A stretch of DNA of 64,000 nt from the human T2T-CHM13v2.0 reference genome, Homo sapiens: assembly GCF_009914755.1 (NCBI RefSeq), contig NC_060927.1; one strand, 5' to 3'. Each line of letters opens with the position of its first letter. Position 1 is the first letter of the stretch. The notes under the pieces were generated by a model that saw only the letters and a list, made by a program, of their open reading frames with translations, made no database searches and was not told where the DNA came from. The translations under genes were made by a program, and so were the position numbers. Shown here piece after piece: positions 38,581 through 53,434 of this stretch.

Positions 38581-38660
<80 letters not shown>
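38575..38660. repeat. Compound microsatellite (CT)n(AT)n(AC)n replacing the Alu tail
   Basis: Seen directly. Confidence 0.95.
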
Positions 38661-38689
38661 GGTGTACATACACTATTGGCTATTGGTGA

Positions 38690-39110
38690 GAAAGTCAGTG
38701 TGAATCAGTTAGGGACTACATTGAGCTGTTAGCAGTAGAGGCCTGACTGAGATAGCTTAGAACAATTAGGACTTTGTTTGCTTACTTATGAGAAACAGCT
38801 CAGAACTGTTTGAAGCCTCTACAAGGATTTTCAGGGACCCAGGCTCATTTGGCCTTTCTTATCCCTGTACTTAGTACACACCTTCTATCCTTGAGGTTAT
38901 AACAAGGTTGCTATAGCTCCTGCCATCAAGACAGAGATCCACACAGAAAGTGGAGGAAGGTACAGAAGCAAAGGGGCATTCTTAAATGTATTACTCAAAA
39001 CGTCTGCTTACATCTCATTGGCCACCCCATTTACAAGAGAGGCCCAGATATGTAGCTTTTTGATTACTAAGGGAGAATGGATATTGGGTAGATTACTAGC
39101 ACTCTGCAAT
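38690..39110. mobile_element. MLT1J/K-like LTR
   Basis: tcagggacccaggctc...tctgcttacatctcattggcca...gggagaatggatattgggtag. Confidence 0.6.
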
Positions 39111-40974
39111 GAGGTACAGCCTTTTTGGAGGACAATCAGAAGTTTAAAAATTTAAATGCATTTGCTCTTGACTCGGAAATTCCTCCACTGGGAATTTATC
39201 CTGGAGATGTGTTCTAACATATGTGCGTGCACTTACACACTACAAGCTGTTACTTGCAGCAGGAAAGGGCTCATGGAAATGCATTTGTACTAAGCGTAAA
39301 GCCCCAGTGAATGTCAGGCTTGGACCCATTGGATTATCAACTCCTTTTCCCAAGAGGGAGGTGGGAAGAGACATGGAGCAGAAGTATGGGTGCAGCCTCC
39401 CTTCTCTGAACCAAAGCACGAAAGTAGGGAGATGACACAAACACTTCCCCTGTAGCTGCAATGCCCCCAAAGTAAGCATTCAACAGGAAGTCAGAGGACA
39501 GGCAGACCATCTCCAAGATTGAAGAGGGCTGCTCAATGGTCTGTAAATAACTGTTCTCTTTTGTTCTTTTCCAGGTAGAGGAAGCAGATAAGGCAAAGCT
39601 CAGTGTGTGGCTGTTAACACTCAAGACTCTTGGAGACAATGGGAGTCTACCCTTCATCTTCGGGGGAAGAAACTGAGACCCAGAGAGGCATAGGGGCAGA
39701 GGTGACAGGAATTTTCTAGGTCAGCTTATTGGAGATTGTCTGTCTTAAACTAGGTTCTCAGACACTCCAAGGCCATCACAGTTACCCAGTTAACAGCAGT
39801 CATTTTCTTTTATATTCAGAGGAGTGCTGGTAGCACTAAGTTGGCAATTCATGAGTGGGGGCTGCCCAGTCTTCCCACTGGGTCTGTGTGCTGTGGGCCT
39901 CCTGCCTGGCCGGCTATAAGGACACAGCACTAATATAGTAGCTCAAAGCAAATGGCTCTCCATGTCCCTGGTGGGTCCATTTACCAACTGCTCCTGCTAA
40001 ATGAAATCCTGAAAGGGCCCCTGGAAGGGCATTGTTGGTTTGTATGGGAACAGCCCCATCTATGGGGAGGAAAAAGCCCTGGGTTATCATCCAACCACAG
40101 CTTTGTACTTTCTTCAAATTCGTGAGGCATTTGGAAAAGAAGGACTCAAAGTTCTGATATGATCAAGATGGGGAGAAATGACCATTTTTACAGCCCTGAC
40201 TGTTCAAACAGCCACAGTGGAGTGGGGATTTTCATTTGAGAGTCATCCCAGTGAAGCATTGTCAATTCGTCCCATGCTGTATGTTCATGGCAGGAACACC
40301 TGTGCGAGTATAGCTGGTGCCTCCTCCATCCTCCCCTCTCCCCACGAAAACATCACAGGCCTCAGCAGGTAGGAAGAGAGCATCATCCCTGGGACATCTT
40401 TCCTCTGTACCTCACTCCCAAGCAGCACCTATCCTGGCTTCTCTCTCTCCTTCCCCAGACCCCGGATCTGGGGCTCTTTTCAACTAAGGGATACATTCCA
40501 TGTATGGTGAGCCCTTTGGCATATGTTATTGTAAGAAATTTGGCAACTTGAAAGAAGAAGCAGAGCCAAGTGAAATCCCAACACAGTGGCTCTGTCAGCC
40601 TGGAATCTGGGGTCTTTCCCTTGCAGTCTTGAGACAGCACCATGGAGTTGTTCTGGGTCCACCCCAGCAATGAAAAAGAGCTTGGTGGCCTCTCTGCTCC
40701 CCCAGCCTCATCCAATCAGGCCACAGACATTGTCCAAACACTGTATCTGTGCCAGGCACTGTGCTGAACATTGGGAATAAAATGAGGCAAGGCTGGGCAG
40801 ACATGGCCAGCAAGCCAGAGTGTGTCCCTTGCAGAGCCATGATCTGGAAAGTTCCACTGAGAAAGGGAGGAGATGCATTCAGATAGATTCCAACAGAGCC
40901 CAGGAGTGATGCTCTGAACAAGGTATATGGTGAAGGAGAAGGGAAGACTGGGTGTAGAGAAGGCAGTAAAGGCA

Positions 40975-41510
40975 GAACAGTGGATGTTTCTTGTTTTAGC
41001 TCAGTCAGCATCTGTTCTCCTTGTGGGGACGCTCCCTGGAGTTCTCATGGAAAGCCATTCCTCCTCTATCTAGGTCCATGTGGTTTGAGTAGGCTGCTCT
41101 TGTCCCAGTGCCAGGGGTGGGACATAACCCAGTCTTGGCCATTACAGCAGTTCTACCCCTGACCACAGGATTTGGTTCAGAAGTGGATAATGAGAGTCAG
41201 TTCTAGGACTTGAGTTGTATCTCCTGAGAAAGAGAAGCCCCTTTCTTTGGGAGTCATTAAGAATGTGAGCCTGGAATATGCCAAGAGGCACCTAAGGTGA
41301 GGCTCTATTGGAGAATAAAAGAAATGCAGTAAAGAGATTGGGGGGGAAAAGGAAAGACAGTAAGAGAATGAGAGACCCTCTGAGTCCCTGGATCCAACCA
41401 GACCTGAAGCTAAAATCCCTGAGATTTTCAGAAACATGAGCCAATCAATTCCCTTCTCTCCTTTTTTTTTCCTTTTTGCTTGATCCAGTTTGAGTAAGGT
41501 TTCCATCAGT
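40975..41510. mobile_element. MLT1K-like LTR
   Basis: gagtccctggatccaaccagacctgaagct...catgagccaatcaattccctt...ccagtttgagtaagg. Confidence 0.55.
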
Positions 41511-43376
41511 GTTAGGCATGTGGCAAAGTGATAAAGATAGGGCATTGAAAAAGTACAGAAAGACACTTTCTCTCTTTCTCATCTTTCAAGTTCTCGAGGG
41601 ATAAAATGTTGCCTTTGAAGGACTCTAGGGAGCAAAGAACACAGCCAAGGGTATGACCAGGTCCACAACAATGCTAGTGATCTCTGAGAGAACCAGGAGG
41701 GAGCTCACAGCTGAGACCCAAAAGAAGGTGAGATCATCAGAAAGCCACATAGAGCAAAGGCCAGGGGAAGGCAGCTCATAGAGAACCCTCAACTCTGCAA
41801 CGTCCATGTGGACAGTAAGGGATCCCCAGATTGGGACTGGGTAGCAAAGGGACTTGTCCCCTTTGCATTTTCTACTTGCTGGCTTGGTATTTATCATATG
41901 CTTTTTCCTGGTACTTTAATTTGGCTTTATGGCTAAACTGGCAGCTTACTATGAGTGGGAGCTCAGGCTTTGAAATCAGGCAGATCTAACCATGAACACC
42001 TGAGTCACTGTATGACCTTTTTAAGCCTCAAATTTTTCATTCAGAAATGGAAATGATGCTGTGCAGGCATGATGCACAGATGTCAGCTGGGGGCTCCTTG
42101 CTCCTTGAGAATCACGGAAAGGCACTTGGATCCTCCCGGCTTCTTGGCCTGGTTGGTTGCAAGGCCACCCCATGGCTTCAGTGAACTTCCATCATGGTTG
42201 CTATTAGGCATCAGTCCAAAGAAATTTTGCTGCTTTGCTAGTTCCTGCAACAAACCCTCACTTATATAAAGCATTTGTGAGAGTCATAGAGTAATAGACT
42301 TTACCAAAGAACTGACAAAGTTGGGGATGTGTCATGTCCCATGCACCACATAGCAAACAACATCCAAGTTAGTTGCTCTTCGTCTGCAACTACGATGGAG
42401 GCTTCTGTTGCCGCTTCCTCTACTCCATGCCATGTGTGTGCTGTCTGCTTTCCTCTCCTCTCCTCCTGCCCTTGGCTTTTTCAACACAATTGCTTCTCTT
42501 TGCCTTATGCAGGGCAGTCACTGCTGCTCTCTGAGGCCTCAGCACTAGCTGGACCCAGGCCCTTGAGGATTCATCTTCTGCCTTGTGTGTCAGAAACGAT
42601 CTTAGTTGCACACAACAAAATCCACTCTGGCTGGCTTAAGCAGAAGATGGTTTATCAAGGGATGTTAGGTGACCCACAGATTCACTGAGATGAAGAAGAA
42701 ACAGCCTCTAGACGGGCTTCTAGGAAAAGCCCTACAACCACAATGTCCGAGAACCAAACTGCCGAGGGAACAGCTGCCATCTTGGCCCCAGGATCATGCT
42801 GCCCCTCCTATGACCAGGAAGTGACCTGTCCCTGCCAGCCATAGAGAAGCCAAACTCCTCTCTGCCATTTCCGCATGCAGGATACCACCTTGTGGAATTC
42901 CTTTCCTTCTTCCAACTTACATCTGCTTGCATCTGCTTGGTGGAACCTGGGTCTTAGGTGATCCCCAACCTGCACAAAGTCTGGAGATGGAGTTTCTCAT
43001 TGGAGAGAGCACTCAGTGAATCAATTTGTACGATCTCCTATACTCATCAAATACTTCACGCTTTCAAAAGACAGTTTTTTAAATAAGAGAAATTCTATTG
43101 CCACGTTTTAAGACTTTTTTCTCCATCTTAGTATATGGTAGTGTAAATTTAAATAGAATAAGCCTGGGAAGTTATTGGCACAATGTCTATCACATAGTGA
43201 TGGTTCAGTACTTATTAACTATTAATTAGTAAGGCAGTAGGGAGGTACCTTTTCAGTTGGCCCTTCAAGGTTGAAGAGGATTCCCAACCCAAGATGCTTA
43301 AGGAGAGCAGAGAAGGAAGGAGAGCAGAGAGAGAGAGAGAGAGAGACAGAACCCATTAAAAAAGTATTGACCTTTA

Positions 43377-43727
<351 letters not shown>

Positions 43728-44790
43728 TCATTCTACTAGAATGACCAGCTTCACTTGGCATTGACTCCACCTGTTGAAAGTCTGAACAAGTCAGCTCTTC
43801 ACAAGACCCCAGAGTCATCTGTAGTCTCTGACTTAGTTTCCACTGTGTACCTCCATCAGCCTGCACAAATTTTTGCCTTATGGTCAAGAGGTGCAGGACT
43901 GGAGGATATGTTATATCCAGTTAAAAACTCTGAAAATAACAAGATAGATAAGGTCTCTGCCTTGAATAATGCCTCAGAAAGCTTGGAAGATAGTAATGAA
44001 TGCTCAGTTATTGAGTTTCTCACTGAGACTCTGCTTTATTTTTGTTTTTCAAACAACCTAAATGATCTGCTGTATATCATACACAAATTCTATCACGAAA
44101 ATATCTGCAGATTAGCCTGTGGAGGCCCATCTATGGGTGAGTTGACTTTTACCCAGATGCTATGTGAGCAGCCTTGCCACTGCTGGAATTCTTGCACCAA
44201 ATCAAGAGGGAGACTTGGGTCCCTAGTTCTGCATGGGAAACACCATTCTTCAACAGTTTCCTTCACTAGGCAATATATCATTTGGGATATTTATCAGTGT
44301 TTTGGAGAATCTGCAACGTACATTTGGGCATTTGGGCTGAATTACATCCATCAAAGAGAAGGCTGTAGGCTTGCTGGCTTCGTTTCCTTTATTTAAAAAA
44401 AGAAAAGAAAAGAAAAGAAAAACAAACCAAAAAAACCCGCTTCTAGTCTGATTGAATCTACTGGTTCACAGCCAAGCTGGATGGGGGCAATCATTGGACA
44501 GACATTTTAAATGACTGTGGGGTGAAAGAGAAGAAACCTTCTGTTTGTCCTATTCTGATCATATTTCCGTCACCCCTTTCCTCCTCAGTTCACCAGAGAA
44601 ATCGCCAGCCCTTGGCCTGACTTTGAGGGTTGGAGACCAGGCTCTTTAATTTGCTCTGTCCCATATTTTGTTATTCTGTCAAGTATTTGATCCTGTACTG
44701 GGAAAGAGACATTTTGTAAAAAGCAAAAATAGTAATAGGACTGATTTGGCAATGTGACCTAAAGAACAAATGATCTCACTGTCACATTAA

Positions 44791-45244
<454 letters not shown>

Positions 45245-45419
45245 GCTGCTCACTTTTCTACACCTCTCCTTTGCAGCTTTGCAAATAGAGCTGCATCCAT
45301 GCTCCTTCTCCAATTCCAGGTTTGCGAAGTCCAATTAACAGCCCAGGTGCTGCATAGAAACTATCCAAATCACCCTCTATGGGGATGTCTCCTCCCTCCC
45401 CATGATTTTCATTTGTTGT

Positions 45420-45810
45420 GACATTCTCTTCAGTTGGTTTATTTGAGAGGTGGTATCAGGAAGCTAACCAGGGAGTGAGAAGTGAGACAAGGAAGGGAAG
45501 GAAGCCAAACACAGGGTGAACTAAAGCCATCATTGCAGGAAGTGGTAGCTCAGTCCAGAGGGAAACTCTGGAGGCTGTGCAGAGTGCTCCTCAGAGCCAC
45601 CCTAGGGTAGTGGGGAGGCTTTACCATCCATCTTGGCAGGAGCTGTTTTCAGGAGTCTCAGCACTTCCTTCTGCCCCACACCTGTGGACTGAACATTCCA
45701 AAGAAAGCCCTCAGATGGAGAATCCCAGGTACTTTCCTTAGAAAGCCTTCAATATACAAGGGAGTAAGGAAGGCTGAGGGGATGTGGTAGGAGCAGGAGC
45801 CAACAGCATC
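45420..45810. mobile_element. MLT1I/J-like LTR
   Basis: tttatttgagaggtggtatcaggaagc...gggagtgagaagtgagacaaggaagggaaggaagccaa. Confidence 0.55.
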
Positions 45811-45829
45811 TCCTGTACTTTGCCTCATT

Positions 45830-46340
45830 GATCCATTAATTTATCACTTCATATGAAGCCCTGTGCCAGATGCTGTAGCTGCAATGAAGAACAAGACAGA
45901 CACTGTCCATGATCTCCTGAAGCTCAAAATCTAGCAGGAAAGACCAAAATTAATCAAATAAGCACACAAGTATATAATAAAACCAGTGACAAAGTGAAGT
46001 GAAAGAACAGAACCAAGAGCTCTAAAAGAGGATGGCAGGAAAACATGCTCCTGTTTGAGAAATCATGGAGGGCTACTTTGAAGATGTGAGCTATCTAAAT
46101 AGAGGTGGGAGCGCTCTGGAAAGCAGTTTATGCTGGAAGAATGACATGTGCAAAGGCCCTCAGCACCAGGAACCAGTGTAGTGAAGCTGGAGATGAAGAG
46201 GGAAACAGCAAGTGGGAGAATTGGAGCTGAATGAGGCTAAAGAGGTGAGCACGGAACAGAGTATGCAGTGCTGTGTAAACTGTGCTCATGGTTTTTATCT
46301 CTATTCTCAGAGCAGTGAAAGCTATTGACAGATGTTAAGC
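45830..46340. mobile_element. L2 fragment
   Basis: gtgccagatgctg...aacaagacagacac...ctcaaaatctag...catgtgcaaaggccct...agagcagtgaaagctattg. Confidence 0.65.
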
Positions 46341-46354
46341 CAGGAAGTGATTAC

Positions 46355-46700
46355 ACTTTTTTCTTCCAAATTTTTTTATTGTGGTAAAATACTCATAACA
46401 AAATTTACCATCTTAGCAATTTGTCAGTGTACAGTTTGGTGACACTAAATGCATTCGTAATGTGCAACCATCACCACCATCCATGCCCATAACCCTTTTT
46501 AACTTGTACAACTGAAACTCTATACCCATTAGACAATAACTTTCCATTATCCTCTCCCCCAAACTCCTGGAAACCACCCTTCTACTTTCTGTCTGTATGA
46601 GTTTGCCTATTCTAAGTACCTCACATAAGGGGGATCGTACGGTGTTTGTCCTTTTGTGACTGGCTTATTTCACTTAACATAATGTCCTCAAGATTCAATA
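46355..46700 (-). mobile_element. L1MA/MB 3' end
   Basis: ttttattgtggtaaaatactcataacaaaatttaccatc...gactggcttatttcacttaacataatgtcctcaag. Confidence 0.85.
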
Positions 46701-47029
46701 TGATTAGATTTTGAGTTTTAAAAGATAGATGTAAAAAAAAAAGATAGCTGTCAGGCAGAGAATGGATCAGAGTGGGAAATAGCAATTGATGTTAAGCACA
46801 GAGTTGCAGATCAACATGTGTGGAGCTCAGATGAAATGGGCTGAGCTGGAGACATGACCTTGAAAGCCTTTGGCACTGATATATTGTAACATTACCTTAT
46901 ACTCATATTGAATGCTTTGTGTGCACACCTTGTCTTCCTATCCAGGTTGTAAGCTCTGTGGGTTCAGGGTTTTTAACTTAACCCCCTATCTTTGCCACAC
47001 TTCCACTCCCTTATACCTAGTTTAGTAGA

Positions 47030-47330
47030 AGCAGCATAATGAGGTGGATAACATATGGAATTTGGAATAAGAGAGGCCTGGCTTCAATGCCAGACTCACC
47101 ACTTACTAAGTGCATAACCTTGGGCAAGTTACTTGTTTCCTCATCTGTAACATGGCAATAATAGTAATAGAATCTATTTCATATGTTATGAGGAGATTTA
47201 ACATGATAACATAAGCTTTGAACTTAGAAAGGTGCCTGTCATAAAATAAGTAAGTATGTAACACAGGTTGGCTATAAACTTGAATCTATCTAAGCCTCAG
47301 TTTTCTCCTTCGTAAAATGTATACAATGAT
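47030..47330. mobile_element. MIR
   Basis: taaccttgggcaagttact...tttcctcatctgtaa. Confidence 0.7.
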
Positions 47331-47334
47331 ACCT

Positions 47335-47770
47335 TGTTATCAGTTAGCTATTGCTGCCTGACAAACTATCCCAAAATTCAGGGGTTTAAAATAACAATCA
47401 TTTATGATTATAACTCACGTGTCTGTGTGTCAGCAGGGGCTGGCTCTGTTGATCCTGGCTGGGCTTGCTCATGCATATGTGGGTTGGCTGGAGAAGTTTA
47501 CCTTGCATGGCTCTGCTCTGCATGTTTCTTCCCCTTGTACTGGTACCAACAAGCTAGGGGAAGCAGGCCCTTTTAATGGATGTGGCAAAACTGCAAGAGC
47601 ACTGGCCCAATGGTATAAATGCTTTTTCACACCTCTGCTTGTATCATGTCAGTCAGCAATCCCATTGGCCAAAGAAAGTCACATTGCTGAGCTCTGAATC
47701 CATGATTCTTAGAAGTGAAAAGAACATGTATACAGAGACAGGTCAGGAATTGGGGCATTGATGTAATGGA
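47335..47770 (-). mobile_element. MLT1-family LTR
   Basis: tatcagttagctattgctgcctgacaaactatcccaaaattcaggggtttaaa...cccattggccaaagaaagtcac. Confidence 0.65.
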
Positions 47771-48407
47771 CTATACCTATAAAACAGAACTTTTTTAGGT
47801 AACATATGTAACATGCCAGTCATGTTGTACGTTTTTAATACCTACATCTGCTTTCCTCTTCAACAAGTGTTGGGTAATTGACTCTGATTTTCAGAGTAAA
47901 AATAAATTGGTTCCGAGCATTTGAAGCTATCTTTGCTTATTATAAAGCTTGGCATACTATATGATATAGCAATCAATTAACAGTTTGGGCTGGACACCCT
48001 CACACAGTGCTGCTGGTGATGTAAGTTGATATGATCTTTCTAGAAAGAAATTTGACAATATGTATCAAAAGCCTTAAAAATGTGTACTCTTTGACTCAGA
48101 AATCTCCATTATGGCAAATCTATCCAAAGGAATTTGGAGAGATATAGACAAAGGTTTATGTATAAGGATGCTAATTGAAGTAATATTTAGAGTAGCAAAA
48201 AAGAGGATAATGTTAGATTAGCTTGTTGCAGGAAGAAACCTCTTACTGAAAACAGCTAGAAAGCTCAGACTCAAGCAAATCTGTTTAGGGATTGGAAAGT
48301 TACGAAGACAGCCATAACTTGAGCATCCAAGATTCAGGATACATGGGAAATCAAATAAGGTGACTTGACATTCTGTGCTGTTTTCCCCTCAAAAGATTTG
48401 TGGAACG

Positions 48408-48764
<357 letters not shown>

Positions 48765-49936
48765 CTAAGCAACAAAAAGAAGTTTTTAAGTGATACGGAA
48801 TCACAAAATCACCAATAGTGTAGGCTTAGAGAAACTGAGCAGATAGTGTCAGCTAAGAGGTTGAAGAGATTAACAGATTTTGCAGCCTCAGAGAGATGGG
48901 GGATAAAAATTGGTTTTGAAGTCCCACTAAAAAAGAGAGACTCTGGTAAATAACTCAGGCTTTCAGATGGAATCCCTAGAGACCTTACACCCTTGGAGTA
49001 AAGGTTAGCTAAAAATAAATTAGACCTCAAAAAAACTGATACTCACCCTCAATCTGCAATTGGCTTAACATCATCTGTCCTAACTCTAACTGCCTGCCAT
49101 AAGCTAAAGGCTCATTTAGGGTTTCTACAATATTTTACACATGATGTTTCACATTCAACCAAAATTCCCAGGATATCAAGAGACAGCAGAAAGAAAAAAT
49201 CAGACAATAAAAACAGACCTAGAGGTGATCCATATATTAGAATTATTAAACATAGTCTTTCAAATAAGTATTATTAATATGTTTAAGAAAGCAGATGACA
49301 AAATGAAAAATTTTGCCAGAGAATTGGAATGTATTTTTCAACATATTTAAAGAAAATCCAAGAATTGGAAAATATAGTAAAGAAAATTAAGAACACATTA
49401 GATAGGTTTAATAGCTGATTAAATGTATCTGAAGAGAGAATTAGTAATATGGAAGTTAAGTCAGTAGAAAATATCCAGATGACACATGAAGAGAAAAAAG
49501 AAAAAATATGGAAAAGATTTAAGAGACAAATGGGAGATAGTAAAAATAAAATCTAATAAGCATATAATTAGAACCCTGTAAAGGAAAGAGGAAATGGTAC
49601 AGAAGTAATATTTGAAGAGAAAATAGCAAAATATTTTCCCAAACTGATGAAAGACATAAAACTTGATTAAAAATATTAAGAAACACAATGAAATCCAAGC
49701 AAGGTAACTACAAAGAAAATCATACTTAGGCAAATCCTAGTAAAATTGCTGTAAAACAAAAATAAAGAAAAAAAATCTTAAAAGGTAGAAAAAAAGAGAG
49801 ACACATTGCATTTTAAAAAGTCATAGTAAGGATGACAATTGACTTCTTAAAATAAATAATGGAAATCAAAATGCATCTTTAAACATTTAAACATTTTTAA
49901 AATAAAAAAAATTTAATTGTTGTTAAAATTTTAAGT

Positions 49937-50156
49937 AGCCTAGGCAACAAAACAAGACCTCTTCTCTACAAAAAAATGTAAAAAATTAGCCAGGCATGGT
50001 AGTGCATACCTGTAGTCCTAGCTACTTGGGAGTCTGAGGAAGGAGGATCACTTGAGCCCAGGGGTTTGAGGCTGCAGAGAGCTGTGACCACACCGCTGCA
50101 CTCCAGCCTGGGTGACCGAAGGAGACCTTGTCTCTAAAAAATAAAATAAAATAAAA
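49937..50156 (+). mobile_element. AluJ, 5'-truncated
   Basis: ggaggatcacttgagcccagggg...(TAAAA)n tail. Confidence 0.85.
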
Positions 50157-52914
50157 TTCAGAGTAAATTAAATGTTAATTTAAAAATTTAAATGTTTTTT
50201 AAATGCTGAAAGAAAATAACTACAAATATAGAATTCTATACCAAGCAAAAATTGCCTTCAAAAATAGAGGGATAATAAAGACATTTTCAGACAAACAATA
50301 ACTGAGATAATTTACCACTATCAGATCTGTAATAAAAGCAATAGTGAAGGTGTTTTTCAGGCAGAAGGATATGATCCCAGATGGAAGTATGGAAACTCAC
50401 AAAAGAATGAAGAAAAAATGTAGAGGTAAATATGTGAATAAATATAAAGGATTACTGACTGTAGAACACCATTTTAATGATAATGTCTTGTGGGGTTTAA
50501 AGTACACATGGAATTAAAATATATGACAACAATTATACAAAAAAAGAGGAGTAAGTTGAGTTATATGATCTAAGAACCTTACAAAATTGAAGAAGAATGA
50601 TAAGAGTACTAATTTATATTAGGCTTTCAAAAGTCAAGGACACATGTTGAAATCTCTTGAATAACCACTAAAAAGATAGAGAACTAACAAACCTTAACAG
50701 GAGAGAAAATGAAATAACAACAAAGATGATTAAATTAGAGACAGGGAAAGAGAAAAAGGGAACACAGCAGAGGTAAAGCAAATAATAATATTGTAGATTT
50801 AAACCCCTAAGATATCAGCAACCACATTTATGTATAAATGAACTAAATATTCCATTAAAAGACAAAGAAGGTCGGACTAGATCAAGGAAAATAAAATTCA
50901 ATTATGTGCTGCTTACAAGAAAGCACAAGGATTGAAAACACTACAAACACTGCAAGAATTAACCAAATAGAAACTAAAGATAAAGCGTGTTAAAGTGCCA
51001 AGAAGTATATTGCTGGGAGAAACAGGTACATTTCGTCATGACAAAAACATCAATCCAGGAAAATATAATAACTATATTTTTACAGTAGCCAAAAAAGAAA
51101 GAAAGTAAGACTTCAACCCAACTGTCCAACAACAGGAGAGTAAGTATCTTATGACACATCTATATGATAGCATCTCATGAATCCACTTAAATCCATGCTT
51201 TTGAAAAACAACTATATGGAAGAATGCTTCAGATATAATTTTATATGGAAAAAATAGGACATGACTGGTCACATCAAGACATTCACATATGTAAGCTTGG
51301 GAGGGAGCAAAGAAAAAAAATAGAACATATTCCAACATGTTTCAATGGATGAAACATGTTTCTGTGAGTGGTAAGATTATAGGTGATTTTTATTTTATTT
51401 TTACTTTTTTATATTCTCCAAAGTGTCTACAATCAACATATAGTGCATTTTATTTGAATCTTGGAAGACTTTATTTAAAAAGAATTATGGATGTCATAAT
51501 AATTAAAAGCTGGAAAAGGCCTCCTTTGCCTAATCAAAGTTTCTACTACACAAAATTCTGAAAACATGAGGAAATAATCCCTCTGTTTTCTAAAGGGTAC
51601 ATCAGAGACATGCTTGTAGGTGGAGATTGGACTGGACACAGGCCCCAGGGAGCCCAGCCTGCTCACACTGCAGATCGCTGGAGCTCTGTTGATAAAATGA
51701 TGTCTGTGACACAGTCTTCTTTCTGCAAGGCTTACACTACTCAGGATGTGCAAGTTTGGGAATAAAAGGAGTTTTGACAAAGCTTTTGTGCTTGCCTTAT
51801 TGAAGGAGTAATAGTATGCTTCTTATGGGCAAAAGCAAAAGCCATGGAAGCTAAAACAACGTAATTTAAAATTACCCTTAATTTAACCATCCAGAGAGCA
51901 CTGCAGTTAGCCTTTTGGTATATCACCTCCTAAAAGGTTTTCTTTGTGTGAGTACATCAACATGCCAAGAGAAGTCATACTATGTGCCTTGTTTTGTAAC
52001 CTGCCTTTTTCATTTACCCATAGATCACAAGTGTCTTGGCAAAAGGCGTCTTTAAGAAGTGACAGCAATTCTCATGGGCATCACAAATAGATTGGAATGA
52101 GGGAACTGACTCATCTGCCTTGGCCCAAACCACTTTCCTTTAAGTGCCTTAGAGATGAACGCAGATGTTGTAAAATTATCATTTTCTATTTTTAATAAGC
52201 GCTTAATTTTCTTTGTTGCTATGGTGCATGTTTTACTTTGTTTGAGATTATTATATTTTATTCCATTGAGGAGAATCTACTTATACCAGTAACATGAGCC
52301 AATTGCTTACTCTCTCAGATCATAGAGGAATTATTTATTTTATAGAGGTTAAAGGGACTTTAGCAATGATTTAGATGACCCCTCCTATTTTATGGGTCAG
52401 AAAATTGAGGTCCAAGATAGATGATGGAACTGGACTTGGATGGTAAAGCTGGCAAATGACACATTTTAAGACCCCAGAAATGCTTTGCACATTTTCCAAA
52501 TGCCTCTGCCTTGTGAGAAGATCATAACCAGAAGATTTGAAAATGTTTTAACATTGTGACAAGACAGACACTTCTGGTGTGAACATCCAATTAAAGTCCC
52601 CCGCCCCCGACATGTTCTTCCATACAGCCTCCCTCCTTTCCCACCCCTAGATTTGATCACAACACCCCACCTAAATTCTCTCTCACTTCTGGGCATTCGT
52701 GGAAAGCAACCCACTTTTATACATTAACCTCAGAGAACAGTTTCAACTGCCCTACTCACAGCTAAGCCACCTAACTCCTATCCCATGAGCTCTACTTTCA
52801 GAAATATCCCAAGCTGGGGTCTCCTTTGTTGTTGCTTTGATTACTTTTGTGGGGGCTAATTACTCTAGCTTCCAGTCCGTCTTCCTTCATTTACAATCCT
52901 CTTTTCCTAGTTCT

Positions 52915-53309
52915 CAACAATCTTCAACAAATATTTATTGATTGTTTATTATATGCCAGGCTCTGGGCCTGCTTCAGAAGACACAAGTCAGTGATAAACA
53001 AGACAGACACAATCTCTGTCATGGTGGCAATTACTGCCTATTAGGGTTGGTGGACAGCCAATTTTTTGAGTAAACATTAATACAACACAGGATGTGATGG
53101 GGGCACTATCATGGGCATTAACCCAGACCTAGGGGCTCAGGGAGGGGTTCCCAAAGGAAATGATATTTAAGCTGAGAGTTGAAAAATAAATAGGAATTAG
53201 ATAGACAAGGAAGTTGGGGGGATGGTGGTAAAGATTAGTATATTAGGAAGAAGGAATGGAGTATGCAGAAACCTACCAATGAGCCAGAGCACATAGAGTG
53301 TTAGGAAAT

Positions 53310-53343
<34 letters not shown>

Positions 53344-53410
53344 AAATTGTTATGGTTGGAGCGCAGGATAAAACTGGTGAACAATAAGGCTGGAGAAGTA
53401 GGCAGGGGTC
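52915..53410. mobile_element. L2 fragment containing an A29 tract (53313-53341)
   Basis: caacaaatatttattgattg...tatgccaggc...gatatttaagctgagagttgaa. Confidence 0.7.
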
Positions 53411-53434
53411 TCTCTTGGCTCTCACATTGTCATT

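Noticed and set aside
53313-53341. A29 tract as the tail of a retrocopy
   Set aside because: No TSD or upstream insert; sits within an L2 fragment as a simple homopolymer.
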